64,000 nt of DNA from Parasphingorhabdus sp. (lineage in GTDB: Bacteria; Pseudomonadota; Gammaproteobacteria; Arenicellales; CAJQKF01), in contig JBLHGU010000006.1 of the NCBI GenBank assembly GCA_047615875.1, positions 1,771 through 65,770 on the forward strand. Direction: 5' to 3'. The notes below the pieces were generated by a model, which saw only the letters and a program-made list of their open reading frames with translations, ran no database searches and was not told the DNA's origin. A program made the position numbers and the translations under genes. Positions 49,023 to 58,701 of the stretch are shown here, in pieces (position 1 is the stretch's first letter; each line of letters begins with the position of its first letter).

Positions 49023-52000
49023 CTAAATTCCGTGTACGGCCTGAGCAATCTTCTGCAATTGACGATCCAATCGTTTGGCAGAAATTGGAATAGAGGTACC
49101 CAATTGTTGGGCGAATAAAGAAACATGAAACTCTTCCAACATCCAACGAAGCGTTGATCGATTGTTATCCATCTCAATTTCTTTAACGCCCAGTCCTGCA
49201 AGCTTTGAACTATAGCTGGCTATGCGGGATTCAAGCTGCTGATCACGATCGGGATCTTTTGCAGACTTTTCTAACCGAAGCAGAATTGATTTCAGGAATC
49301 TTGGCAGATGGGCGAACCATTGCTCGGGGGTTAAAAATAGATTATCCGGCGCAATCAGCTGATCTATATGCTTTTCAGCTTCAGAATATGAATTTTGCCG
49401 CAGTCTGGTTGAAGTTTCATCACGTATTGAATAGGCAACTTCCAGCAAACGCGAAGTATCAGTAGCTAACTTATGCGCTACCTCAACCAAATTAACATCG
49501 GCTTTTGTTAAGGCCTGCAGGAATTCCGTTTTTGTCCATACTTCCTCAGACTTAAAGCCGATACTTCGTGCAATTATCTCATGCCGAAACATCTCAGTGA
49601 ATTCTGCACCGGGAAATAATCCCGCATAACGAAGCGCTAGTTGATTCAAGTTACAGCTTTTTACAACATCCTTTACCTGTCGCCCAAGATAACACAGGGC
49701 AAGTCGGCGCAAGCCCGCTCGGTGGCTCTGCAAAGCCGTCATTGAGTTATCAAACAATTCCAGCCCAACGTTATCCCGTAGATCCACGAGACCTGGAAAA
49801 GCCGTAATTGTCTGTCCAGAGGCGTCAAGGCTGATGGCCGGTTGCAAATCCTCGAAGTCCCAACGCCTAAACCCTTGACGTCTATAGTCGCTTGCGCCCA
49901 AATGCTCAAATTCATCACGAGCCTGTGAGCCATGCGTTTGTTTTAACTCCTTAATATTTCTGCCGCTATCAACCAGCGCTCCCTGCTCGGATACGACCTC
50001 CAGGCGTAATCTGAGATGATTATCCAGTCGGTTCAGATCAAAATCGCCAGTGCTTACCTTGATTGCATAGTTTTGATTGAGCAGTTTAGTCAATGCGGTG
50101 ACTATATCGCCCTCGGTCTGACGCATCTCGCTAACGATTCTTTCAACCTTGTCTGCAATGGGCACAAGAGGACGTCGCAGTGATTTTGGCAAACAGCGAA
50201 TTAACCCTTCGATCCGCTGCTCAAACCAACTGCCCATCTGACGCTCAGCAACATCAGCTTCAAACTGACCCAACAAAGCCAAAGGTAATTGAATAGTCGC
50301 ACCGTCAAATTCCTTACCCGGCTGGTACTGATAATTTACCGGGACTTCATTTCCGCCAACGGCCAGCCTGTCCGGGTAAGCAGTAGAGTCTTCTGGATTC
50401 AACTCATTACCAAGCAAAAGTTCCGCTGTGAGAAACAGCGCCGACTCTTGGGCTGGATTCGCCCGCAACCATTTCTTCAAGGTTGCAATACTAAAAACCC
50501 GGTCGGGTAGTTGTTTATTGAAATAATCCTGCAAACCCTCTTCATCCACCCAGATTTCATAACCTCTGGTCTTATGGCGAATCTGTTCCATCACGGCCCT
50601 GAGTTTTAAATTGGCCTCAGCAAAAGCTAATTTACTAGCGCCCATTTCCACCAGTGCCTGTTGGATGAATATTTCTCTAGCGGCAACGGGATCAAACTGG
50701 GAATAATTTTTTTTCCGACGGCTAAATATTCTAAGACCTTGCAAGCTACCACTTTGAAACGCAAGCACATTGCCGCTATGAGAATCCCACCACGGCTCCG
50801 TAAGCTCGTAGCGCATCTGGTTTGCAGCAACCGACTCTATCCACTCTGGCCGAATACCCAAACACTGGCGAGCATAAGGTCTGCCACTATCTACAACTGC
50901 GGTTGCTACTAGCCACTTGGGTCCAGATTTAAAGAATCTTGATGAGGGATGAATGATTAATTTTTTATTTTGCGTTCCAAGATACTCGCCTTTCTCTTCC
51001 ACTTTACATACATTGCTTATAAAGCCAGTAATTAGAGACTTCGCGACTCCCTCAATATTCAGCTCCAGAGCCGGAGAACTCTCCACCTTCTCTTTCATTG
51101 CCAGTCTTAGCTGTTGATGTAATGCCAGCCATTCATACATACGGTGTGAAGATAGAAAGTTCGACTCACACCAGCGTTCCAACGCACGCCGGGAACCGCT
51201 TTCTTTTTGCTCGTGATAGATAGCCCAAAGATCCAGAATCGCTTGAATATCTGAAGCAGAACGAGGAAAAGTTTTGTGATGTTGCCGCGCCACTTCAGAT
51301 TTTTCTTTCGGCACAATTTCCACATCGGGCACCGAAAGTCTGGAACCTATAATCAGCATTTCCGCTAAACAATCCAGCTTTCTGCCTTCTATGAGCAAAC
51401 GACCAACCCTGGGATCGACTGGTAGGCGGGCCAGCTCCCGTCCAGTAGATGTCAACTTTAGCTCTTCATCTAACGCGCTCAATTCACCCAACAAACGAAG
51501 CCCGGATTTAACTTGACGGTGATCGGGACGATCCAGAAAAGGAAAAGACTGCACCTCCCCTAAATTTAATATTTTCATTTTGAGGATTACGGATGCAAGG
51601 GAAGTTCTTACCACTTCCGGATCAGAAAACTCCGCCCTCGAGTCAAAATCATCCTGGGAATAAAGTCGAAAGCAAACCCCGCTTTGCACACGGCCGCATC
51701 GTCCCTTGCGTTGATTTGCTGATGCCTGGGAAATTTTTTCTATAGGTAACCGCTGAATTTTTCGCGCAGCGCTATAACGGCTAATGCGGGCGCTACCCAC
51801 ATCAATAACATACTTAACACCGGGGACAGTTAGTGATGTTTCAGCCACATTGGTTGATAAGATTATTCTCTGGCCATTCGACTGAAAGAATATTTTTTTC
51901 TGTTCCGCCGGAGCCAGTCTGGCATAGAGTGTGAGAATTTCTGCGCTATCGTCCAGACGACGGGACAAAAACTCGCGGGTTTCGCGAATCTCCCGTTCAC

Positions 52001-52559
52001 CAGCAAGAAAGATTAGTATATCTCCAACACCCCGACTCCAGGCCTGTTTAACAGCAGCAAGAATATGCGCTGAACTACCAGCTTCCTGGTCCTTTGGAGT
52101 TGACAGATAAACCGTTTCAACCGGAAAGGTCCGACCCGATACCTGCACCACAGGCGCTTTATCAAAATGTTCTGAAAATCGTTCTGTATCGATTGTTGCA
52201 GAGGTAATCAATAACTTTAAATCTTCACGCTTTTTAAGTAAGCGCTTTAAATAACCCAGCAGAAAATCAATATTGAGCGAACGCTCGTGGGCCTCGTCAA
52301 TAATTATGGTGTGATATCGACTTAATCGTCGGTCGTGATCCAGCTCAGATAACAACATGCCATCTGTTAGCACTTTTATCCGGGTTTTCGGCCCGATACG
52401 TTCTCCAAAACGTACCTTATAACCTACTACATCACCTAGCCTGACGCCCATTTCACTCGCCACACGGGAAGCAATTTCACGGGCGGCGATTCTACGTGGC
52501 TGAGTATGTGCGATCAGTTGTTTGTGATCAGGGCGCAACAACAGCGGTAACTTGGGCAA
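49023..52559 (-). CDS. hrpA: ATP-dependent RNA helicase HrpA (DEAH box); true 5' end unresolved
   Basis: It has HTQPRRIAA, the DEAH motif in IIIDEAHERS, TNVAETSLTV and QRKGRCGR, and is collinear with E. coli HrpA to the C-terminus. The coordinates follow the ORF track (TTG start). However, the reading frame stays open to 52694 and encodes Walker A GETGSGKS at 52566-52589, upstream of that start. Confidence 0.85.
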   Translation of the reverse strand: MPKLPLLLRPDHKQLIAHTQPRRIAAREIASRVASEMGVRLGDVVGYKVRFGERIGPKTRIKVLTDGMLLSELDHDRRLSRYHTIIIDEAHERSLNIDFLLGYLKRLLKKREDLKLLITSATIDTERFSEHFDKAPVVQVSGRTFPVETVYLSTPKDQEAGSSAHILAAVKQAWSRGVGDILIFLAGEREIRETREFLSRRLDDSAEILTLYARLAPAEQKKIFFQSNGQRIILSTNVAETSLTVPGVKYVIDVGSARISRYSAARKIQRLPIEKISQASANQRKGRCGRVQSGVCFRLYSQDDFDSRAEFSDPEVVRTSLASVILKMKILNLGEVQSFPFLDRPDHRQVKSGLRLLGELSALDEELKLTSTGRELARLPVDPRVGRLLIEGRKLDCLAEMLIIGSRLSVPDVEIVPKEKSEVARQHHKTFPRSASDIQAILDLWAIYHEQKESGSRRALERWCESNFLSSHRMYEWLALHQQLRLAMKEKVESSPALELNIEGVAKSLITGFISNVCKVEEKGEYLGTQNKKLIIHPSSRFFKSGPKWLVATAVVDSGRPYARQCLGIRPEWIESVAANQMRYELTEPWWDSHSGNVLAFQSGSLQGLRIFSRRKKNYSQFDPVAAREIFIQQALVEMGASKLAFAEANLKLRAVMEQIRHKTRGYEIWVDEEGLQDYFNKQLPDRVFSIATLKKWLRANPAQESALFLTAELLLGNELNPEDSTAYPDRLAVGGNEVPVNYQYQPGKEFDGATIQLPLALLGQFEADVAERQMGSWFEQRIEGLIRCLPKSLRRPLVPIADKVERIVSEMRQTEGDIVTALTKLLNQNYAIKVSTGDFDLNRLDNHLRLRLEVVSEQGALVDSGRNIKELKQTHGSQARDEFEHLGASDYRRQGFRRWDFEDLQPAISLDASGQTITAFPGLVDLRDNVGLELFDNSMTALQSHRAGLRRLALCYLGRQVKDVVKSCNLNQLALRYAGLFPGAEFTEMFRHEIIARSIGFKSEEVWTKTEFLQALTKADVNLVEVAHKLATDTSRLLEVAYSIRDETSTRLRQNSYSEAEKHIDQLIAPDNLFLTPEQWFAHLPRFLKSILLRLEKSAKDPDRDQQLESRIASYSSKLAGLGVKEIEMDNNRSTLRWMLEEFHVSLFAQQLGTSIPISAKRLDRQLQKIAQAVHGI

Positions 52560-52694
52560 CTGCGTGCTCTTTCCAGATCCAGTTTCACCAGCGACAACAA
52601 CTACCTGATGCCGCTGGTAAAGTTCACCTATCTCATTGATCCTGGCACTGATTGGCAGGTGTTCAGGAAACTGCAGACTATCTAAGAGGGAAAT

Positions 52695-53285
52695 TTATTG
52701 GACCTCTGCCTTAATCACGACAATATCTTCAACAGGTACATCACCATGAGACCCCACATTACCTGTCTTGACCTTAACCATGCTGTGAACGACATCCATT
52801 CCTTCTACCACCTTGGCAAATACTGCGTAACCCCAACCTTGTGGATTCTTACCCGTATGATCAAGAAACGCATTATCATTTACATTGATGAAAAATTGTG
52901 ACGTAGCAGAGTGGGGATCGCCGGTGCGCGCCATTGACAGCGAACCAGTCAGATTTTTAAGCCCATTGTCGGCTTCATTCTGGATTGGCGCATTATTCTG
53001 CTTCTGATTCATGCCCGGTTCCATTCCACCACCCTGCACCATAAAGCCAGGAATTACGCGATGAAATATCGTGCCGTCAAAGAAACCACTTTCAGCATAC
53101 TCGCGAAAGTTGGCCGCCGAAATGGGTGCGTTCTCGTCGTCCAGTTCAATGGTAAATGAACCGAGGGAAGTTTCAAACTTGATCATGCTGTTGCTCCTGG
53201 CATGTACGCCGGAGCTTGTGGCCACGGCAATTAATAGAACTAATGATAAAAAATACTGATTTAGAAAATAACCTGCTTTACGCAT
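52695..53285 (-). CDS. ppiA: Periplasmic cyclophilin-type peptidyl-prolyl cis-trans isomerase
   Basis: Cyclophilin blocks FHRVIPGFMVQGG, SMARTGDPHSATSQFFIN and GYAVFAKVVEGMDVV. The start is placed at ATG 53285, preceded by GGAG and followed by a signal peptide. The longer ORF-track form would overlap the EVE gene. Confidence 0.9.
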   Translation of the reverse strand: MRKAGYFLNQYFLSLVLLIAVATSSGVHARSNSMIKFETSLGSFTIELDDENAPISAANFREYAESGFFDGTIFHRVIPGFMVQGGGMEPGMNQKQNNAPIQNEADNGLKNLTGSLSMARTGDPHSATSQFFINVNDNAFLDHTGKNPQGWGYAVFAKVVEGMDVVHSMVKVKTGNVGSHGDVPVEDIVVIKAEVQ

Positions 53286-53301
53286 AACAATCTCCAATGA
53301 A

Positions 53302-53784
53302 TTAAACTTTTTCCCCAGCCATTTCAAGAACGACTTGCCAGTCATGCTCGTTAACTGGGGTAATCGACAGCCTGCTACCCTTCTGGACTACAACCATCTC
53401 TGTCAGTCGGGGTTCTGCTTTGAGTGCTTTCAGACTTACGGAAGTCTTAAATTTCTTCTGGTACTTAACATCGACCATTAGCCAGCGTGGATTATCCGGA
53501 TCACTTTTAGCATCGAAGTAGTTACTTTCAGGATCAAATGCTGTGTGATCGGGATAAGCTTCGCGAACAATCTTCGCTATACCAACGATGCCTGGTTCGT
53601 CACAGTTGGAATGATAGAAAAATGCTAGCTCGCCCTTTTTCATGCCGTCGCGCATAAAATTGCGAGCCTGGTAGTTTCTTATACCATCCCAATGATCAGT
53701 CTTTTTTGGCATAGCCTTCAAATGATCAATTGAGAAAACATCCGGTTCACTTTTTAACAACCAATAATTCATTTTAGTAGGCAT
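53302..53784 (-). CDS. EVE (PUA-like, DUF55) domain protein
   Basis: 160 aa with YWLLKSEPDVFSID..., WDGIRNYQARNFMR and FYHSN motifs. AGGAG lies 9 nt upstream of the ATG. Confidence 0.8.
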   Translation of the reverse strand: MPTKMNYWLLKSEPDVFSIDHLKAMPKKTDHWDGIRNYQARNFMRDGMKKGELAFFYHSNCDEPGIVGIAKIVREAYPDHTAFDPESNYFDAKSDPDNPRWLMVDVKYQKKFKTSVSLKALKAEPRLTEMVVVQKGSRLSITPVNEHDWQVVLEMAGEKV

Positions 53785-53827
53785 TATTTATTCTCCTGAT
53801 CGAAACAAATTAGTTGTCTATGCTGCA

Positions 53828-54427
53828 TTACTTGAGACATTGATAAGCTGTGCTTTCAGTAACGATTCTGGAAATGGGTATATCCCAGGAGTCACTAGGA
53901 ATAGTAGATACTTTCTGCAGTTCATGGGCTAGCCCGGCAACTTCTGGTTTACCAGTCGGGCCCAGCTCAGCGCTTGCACCCAGGGTAGTATCGTAAAAAC
54001 CACCACCCATGCCAACGCGACTACCGCATTCATCAAAAGCAACTAACGGCACCAAAACCCAGTCAAGTTGTTCAGCGAGATGAATATCTGCCGCCTCTGT
54101 GCAAGGCTCGGGGATACCGAATCGATTTGGCTGAAAACTGGTGGTTGCATTGACTTCCCCAAAACCCAGTCGACGCTCACCTTGCAGCGGAATGATTGGC
54201 AAAAAGCAGTGAACTCCCTTTTCAACTGCACATTGCATGGCCAGACCAGGGTCAATCTCGCCATCGTTAGCCAGATAAAAAGCAATTTTTATATGTTCAG
54301 CAAATAACCCCAGCGACTCAAGCATTTTGCACAGTTTCTCTGCTGCATACTTTTGTTGCTCTTCGCTTAACGAACGACGCAAAGCGCGGGCCGTTTGTCG
54401 AATGGATTGTTTGGTTGGTACGGTCAT
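53828..54427 (-). CDS. ygfA: 5-formyltetrahydrofolate cyclo-ligase
   Basis: MTHFS family layout with GMGGGFYD and the conserved position directly downstream of 6S RNA. I use ATG 54427 because the ORF-track start 54454 would lie inside the 6S RNA 3' end. Confidence 0.8.
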   Translation of the reverse strand: MTVPTKQSIRQTARALRRSLSEEQQKYAAEKLCKMLESLGLFAEHIKIAFYLANDGEIDPGLAMQCAVEKGVHCFLPIIPLQGERRLGFGEVNATTSFQPNRFGIPEPCTEAADIHLAEQLDWVLVPLVAFDECGSRVGMGGGFYDTTLGASAELGPTGKPEVAGLAHELQKVSTIPSDSWDIPISRIVTESTAYQCLK

Positions 54428-54448
54428 AGATTCCAGGTCTAAAAAAAA

Positions 54449-54640
54449 CGCCACCCGTTGATGCCGTAATTGACCGCGTACCTTGAACCGGGAAGTTCAA
54501 GTGGGTGTTCTCGAACACGCCCTGGGCTTTCCGAAACCTGTTAAGGCAGCGGACATGCACGCCAGCGTGCTACACGAACCCCGATCTGTAATCTAGGTTC
54601 TAAGGGTTTAATGGTCAGTTACGTACACCACAGGCGACGC
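54449..54640 (-). ncRNA. ssrS: 6S RNA
   Basis: It sits in the conserved zapA-ssrS-ygfA position. The 3' part, CACUUGAACUUCCCGGUUCAAGGUACGCGGUCAAUUACGGCAUC, parallels E. coli 6S (CACCUUGAACCAAGGGUUCAAGGGUUACAGCCUGCGGCGGCAUC). A 5'/3' closing stem is present (GUAACUGACC with GGUCAAUUAC), and a U8 run follows the 3' end. The ends are approximate (+/-10 nt). Confidence 0.75.
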
Positions 54641-54647
54641 AGAGCAT

Positions 54648-54675
54648 ATTGTACTACTAAGCAAACTCTACACAA
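54648..54675 (-). promoter_or_regulatory. Putative sigma70 promoter of ssrS
   Basis: On the minus strand: TTGTGT (54675-54670), 16-nt spacer, TACAAT (54653-54648). The predicted start is about 7 nt downstream, near 54640, at the 5' arm of the 6S closing stem. Confidence 0.55.
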
Positions 54676-54856
54676 GGCGACTAAGGCAGATAAGTAAAAT
54701 TTAATCCAACAATCAGCGAGCAATTCTCAACGGGCGCTTATCAGAAGCAAATAAATTTATTGTTGACCGGGTTCACTGGGATTTTTTGATACTATTTGAA
54801 CTGGGCCCCCTTTCGAGCCCGACCTCCTATTGTAAGAACCAGACTACCGGCTCGGC

Positions 54857-55186
54857 CTAGTCACCTAAGTCCAGTTCGTCATCAAGTCTTTCGGTCATCG
54901 ACTCAATACGGGCGACGAACGCGGAATTATCGGCCACATCCGGAACTTGATTTAGCACAGGCGTCGAACGATCATCTCCCTCGCCATGCAGCAACTCATT
55001 GGAAATATTCAACGCTGCCATAATCGCGCAACGCTCATGACCAATAACGCGACCGGAATGCTGTATAGATCGCATCATGTCATCCAGGTAAGCCGCCGCT
55101 GCAAGCAATTGTGGTCGTTCTTCGTCGCGACAGGCCACGGTAAAGTCGCGGTCCATAATATTTACTTTAAAACTAAGCTTGTCCAT
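54857..55186 (-). CDS. zapA: Cell division protein ZapA
   Basis: 109 aa with a ZapA-like N-terminus (VNIMDRDFTVACRDEERPQLLAAAAYLD) and the synteny upstream of ssrS. Confidence 0.85.
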   Translation of the reverse strand: MDKLSFKVNIMDRDFTVACRDEERPQLLAAAAYLDDMMRSIQHSGRVIGHERCAIMAALNISNELLHGEGDDRSTPVLNQVPDVADNSAFVARIESMTERLDDELDLGD

Positions 55187-55386
55187 TAGTCGTTGCCCTT
55201 GCGCAATTTTTCAATAATGGAATCTAATCGTCCACGAGCCACAACATTTTTTTCATCCAATGCATGTTTTTCCTGCTGCAACTGCTCCGTCTGGCCCTTT
55301 AGAACTTGATTCTCATCTCGGAGCCGATGGTTCATATCAATCAGTTCATCTATTCGATCGGACAGTCTGTCGAGTTGTTTTTGCAA
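55186..55386 (-). CDS. Small coiled-coil protein (ZapB-like / TIGR02449-type) coupled to zapA
   Basis: 66 aa with heptad-rich sequence. Its stop overlaps the zapA start (TAATG). Confidence 0.6.
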   Translation of the reverse strand: MQKQLDRLSDRIDELIDMNHRLRDENQVLKGQTEQLQQEKHALDEKNVVARGRLDSIIEKLRKGND

Positions 55387-55577
55387 AGCCGTTACCGCTA
55401 TTGTGTTTTTAAAATATTCATTTATGCTAACCCTGTCGCTGCTTCCCGATGAACTGGCACTAACGATTCCCCATGCACCTAATCCCTTAGGCCATATATC
55501 TCACTCATTTTCAACTGTTCCCAACCAAAAAGCAACTATGAACCGCGATCAGTTTTATCGCCCAAACAGCCAACATC

Positions 55578-56129
55578 ATGTCTGATACATCCAACTTCCT
55601 GACCGAACATTTTACCGAACTGGACACACTGTTACGTCAGTATGGCGCCGAGACCGGCATCTGCGAGGCTCATGGCTTAAGTGTTGGCCTGGTTTGCCGG
55701 GGGCAACACGAGCTAACCCAGACTCAATGGTGCGAACTACTTGCTGTACCCGAACTTAAAGATGCGATTCTTGATACTTTACAGGGAATCCATGGTCTGG
55801 CAATGCGGGCATTACATAGCCAGGAACTGGCATTTGATCCATTGTTACCAGACGATAATGTGGAAATAAAGGATCAGGTCGATTCCCTGTCCGAATGGTG
55901 CGCAGGATTTTTGCGCGGATTTCTATCCACCGGTAAAGAGAAACTGGATGAAACCTGTCAGGAAGCAATTGATGATATATCATCCATTAGTAATCTAGAA
56001 ATGGACGATGATGACCTCGACAGTCAGGAAAGATCTTTATTCGAACTAAGAGAGTATTTAAGAATTGCCGTACAAATTCTGTTTGAGCAATTTAAAAGCC
56101 AGGAACCTGTTTCCAGTATGGAAAATTAA
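55578..56129 (+). CDS. ygfB: UPF0149 family protein YgfB
   Basis: 183 aa and acidic. It holds the conserved position upstream of pepP, divergent from zapA. Confidence 0.7.
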   Translation: MSDTSNFLTEHFTELDTLLRQYGAETGICEAHGLSVGLVCRGQHELTQTQWCELLAVPELKDAILDTLQGIHGLAMRALHSQELAFDPLLPDDNVEIKDQVDSLSEWCAGFLRGFLSTGKEKLDETCQEAIDDISSISNLEMDDDDLDSQERSLFELREYLRIAVQILFEQFKSQEPVSSMEN

Positions 56130-56134
56130 ACCTC

Positions 56135-57445
56135 ATGAGTAAAAACAAACCCAGTATGTACAGCAAACGTCGCCGTGAACTCATGCAAATGATGGAAGGT
56201 GGCGTAGCAGTTATTCCCACCGCGCCAGAGCAATCCCGAAACGGCGACGTTCTCTATCAATTTCGGCCTGACAGCGATTTCTACTACCTAAGTCACTTTC
56301 CAGAACCTGAGTCGGTAATGGTGTTGGCGCCAGGAAGAGCAGCCGGAGAGTTTATTATTTTTTGTCGCGAGCGAGATACCGCTCGTGAAATGTGGGATGG
56401 CCGTCGCACCGGAATTGAGGGTGCTGTGGACTTTTATGAAGCCGACGATTCTTTCCCTATTGAAGATATCGACGAGATTCTGCCGGGGCTTCTGGAGAAT
56501 CGAGAGAAAGTTTATTGCTCAATGGGACGATATCCGGAATTCGACAGTCGCCTAATCCAATGGATGACAGAGGTTAAAGGCAAGGTCAGAACGGGTATAC
56601 ACGCGCCTGGAGAACTGGTTGATATTGGCCATATATTGCATGAGATGCGCTTAATAAAAGGTGCTGATGAGCAAAAACTCATGCGCAAGGCCGGGAAAAT
56701 TAGCGCTGATGCTCACTGTCGTGCAATGCGTGCCTGTAAACCAGGAATGTACGAATACCAGCTTGAAGCTGAACTTGAATATGGCTTCCGCCTGGGTGGT
56801 TCACACTATCCCGCTTACCCTTCCATCGTAGCTAGTGGCGGCAATGCTTGCATCCTGCATTATACAGAGAATACAGAACAATTACGCGATGGCGATCTGG
56901 TTCTGATTGATGCCGGTGCAGAATTAGACTGTTACGCCTCTGATATCACACGAACCTTTCCGGTAAATGGCAAATTCAGTACCGCCCAGAAGGCCGTTTA
57001 TGATGTTGTTCTTGAGTCGCAATATGCTGCCATAGCTGCTTGCGGTAAGGATAAAGAATGGAACGACCCGCACAATGCAGCAGTAAATGTTTTGTGTCAG
57101 GGCATGCTGGACCTTGGGCTATTGAAAGGCAGCTTTGACGAGGCAATGGAAACCCATGCCTACAGACGTTTTTATATGCACCGAACAGGCCACTGGCTAG
57201 GTATCGATGTACATGATGTCGGAGATTATCGTCTGGAAGCTCAGTGGCGGCCCCTTGAACCGGGCATGGTGCTAACCGTTGAGCCGGGAATGTATATTTC
57301 ACCCGCAGAAGATGTTGCAGAAGAATTCCATAATATCGGTATAAGAATAGAAGACGATGTACTTATTACTCGCAATGGACCGGAAATTTTGTCGTCTGGA
57401 GTGCCCAAGACTACCGAAGACATCGAAGCATTGATGCAGCAGTGA
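56135..57445 (+). CDS. pepP: Xaa-Pro aminopeptidase (M24B)
   Basis: 436 aa with an AMP_N domain (FRPDSDFYYLS) and the M24 ligands DAGAE..YASDITRT, HWLGIDVHD, VEPG and IRIEDD. Confidence 0.9.
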   Translation: MSKNKPSMYSKRRRELMQMMEGGVAVIPTAPEQSRNGDVLYQFRPDSDFYYLSHFPEPESVMVLAPGRAAGEFIIFCRERDTAREMWDGRRTGIEGAVDFYEADDSFPIEDIDEILPGLLENREKVYCSMGRYPEFDSRLIQWMTEVKGKVRTGIHAPGELVDIGHILHEMRLIKGADEQKLMRKAGKISADAHCRAMRACKPGMYEYQLEAELEYGFRLGGSHYPAYPSIVASGGNACILHYTENTEQLRDGDLVLIDAGAELDCYASDITRTFPVNGKFSTAQKAVYDVVLESQYAAIAACGKDKEWNDPHNAAVNVLCQGMLDLGLLKGSFDEAMETHAYRRFYMHRTGHWLGIDVHDVGDYRLEAQWRPLEPGMVLTVEPGMYISPAEDVAEEFHNIGIRIEDDVLITRNGPEILSSGVPKTTEDIEALMQQ

Positions 57446-58701
57446 GTTTACCGCAACAATACGATCTGGTTATTGTTGGCGGTGGTTTGTCTGGCGCCAG
57501 CCTGGCCTGCGCCCTCGGAGACCTGGGTAAACGTATCGCTGTAATCGAAGCTATACCGGTCGCCAGCGACAAGCAACCCAGTTACGATGAACGCACTATA
57601 GCCTTAACTTACTCTTCCAGAAACATTTTTAGTGGCATTGGAGTTTGGCAAAGTATTAGTGATGCCGCCTGCCCTATCCATAGCATACATATTAGCGACG
57701 TCGGCAAGTCCGGCATGACCCGACTCAACCGTAGCCTGGTGGACACCGAGGCTCTTGGCTATGTTGTTCCAACTCGAGTTGTGGGCACGACGCTGTTTGA
57801 TGCCATTATTAAGATGCCGAATATTGACTGGATTTGCCCAGCCAGAGCCATCGGAATCGAGCATCATGAAAGCAACCTAACGCTTGAGCTAGCAGACGCC
57901 CAAACGCCCATCAGCACGCCATTAGTAGTAGTTGCTGATGGCGCACGCTCGGGCATTGGTCAAGCAGCGGGTCTGGAACTAGATACAATCAGCTACCCAA
58001 CAAAAGCTTTGATCACCATAATTGAAACCGATCGTTTTCACGAATATCAGGCCTTTGAACGATTTACCCGTAGTGGCCCACTCGCCCTGCTGCCCATGCA
58101 TCGCGCAGGCCGTTGGCGCTATGCCGTGGCCTGGACACTGCCTGAGGAAGAAGCTGACAGGCTAACCAACACATCAGAATCGGAGTTTCTTGCCGCCCTG
58201 CAGAACGAATTTGGTTATCGAGCAGGCAATTTCTTGGGCGCCGGCAACCGCCGAAGTTATCCGCTTTCTCTGGGCATACTGGAAAACCCTGCTCGTAATC
58301 GTGTGGTGGCGCTAGGTAATGCAGCACACATTGTTCACCCTGTCGCCGGCCAAGGCTTTAATCTAGGACTTAAAGATGTAGCGATTTTTGCGGAAGAAGT
58401 CGCCAATGCCTGGCGTGACAACCTGGACCCAGGCGATCCTCTGGTTCTTAATAGATACAACCGAAAACGCAATCGTCAGACCCGCCGTGTTGGAACATTC
58501 ACCAATGGGTTAATCTCGACTTTTACGAGCACTATTCCCGGTGTTGAATTACTACGCAATGTCGGTCTGAATATGCTTGATCTGGCACCGCCTGCCAAAC
58601 GACTGCTTCTAAAACGCACCATGGGCATTCATGGGAGACAACCGTTGCTGGCTTGCGGTCGACCACTGGGCCAATCAAGCAATACTGATAACAAACCGTG
58701 A
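57442..58701 (+). CDS. ubiH: FAD-dependent ubiquinone biosynthesis hydroxylase, UbiH-like
   Basis: 419 aa with YDLVIVGGGLSGASLA, ADGARS and GNAAHIVHPVAGQGFNLG. It follows pepP with a 4-nt overlap, as in E. coli. Confidence 0.8.
   Translation: MSLPQQYDLVIVGGGLSGASLACALGDLGKRIAVIEAIPVASDKQPSYDERTIALTYSSRNIFSGIGVWQSISDAACPIHSIHISDVGKSGMTRLNRSLVDTEALGYVVPTRVVGTTLFDAIIKMPNIDWICPARAIGIEHHESNLTLELADAQTPISTPLVVVADGARSGIGQAAGLELDTISYPTKALITIIETDRFHEYQAFERFTRSGPLALLPMHRAGRWRYAVAWTLPEEEADRLTNTSESEFLAALQNEFGYRAGNFLGAGNRRSYPLSLGILENPARNRVVALGNAAHIVHPVAGQGFNLGLKDVAIFAEEVANAWRDNLDPGDPLVLNRYNRKRNRQTRRVGTFTNGLISTFTSTIPGVELLRNVGLNMLDLAPPAKRLLLKRTMGIHGRQPLLACGRPLGQSSNTDNKP

Noticed and set aside
48197-49201. 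ORFs 48197-48562, 48790-49146 and 49013-49201 on the minus strand.
   Set aside because: They are out-of-frame overlaps of the DUF218 gene and the hrpA 3' end, and they carry no motifs.
53286-53345. Longer ppiA form starting at 53345.
   Set aside because: It would overlap the EVE-domain gene by 44 nt and place 20 extra residues before the signal peptide. The ATG at 53285 has a GGAG Shine-Dalgarno sequence.
54043-54560. ORFs 54043-54285 (-), 54068-54307 (+) and 54318-54560 (-).
   Set aside because: They overlap ygfA out of frame or cover the 6S RNA, and the RNA interpretation explains the sequence conservation better.
54804-54821. GC-rich hairpin (GGGCCCCCTTTCGAGCCC) downstream of zapA, considered as a zapA terminator.
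   Set aside because: On the minus (zapA) strand the stem is followed by an A-rich tract, not a U-rich one. On the plus strand the T-run precedes the stem. It does not fit an intrinsic terminator in either orientation.
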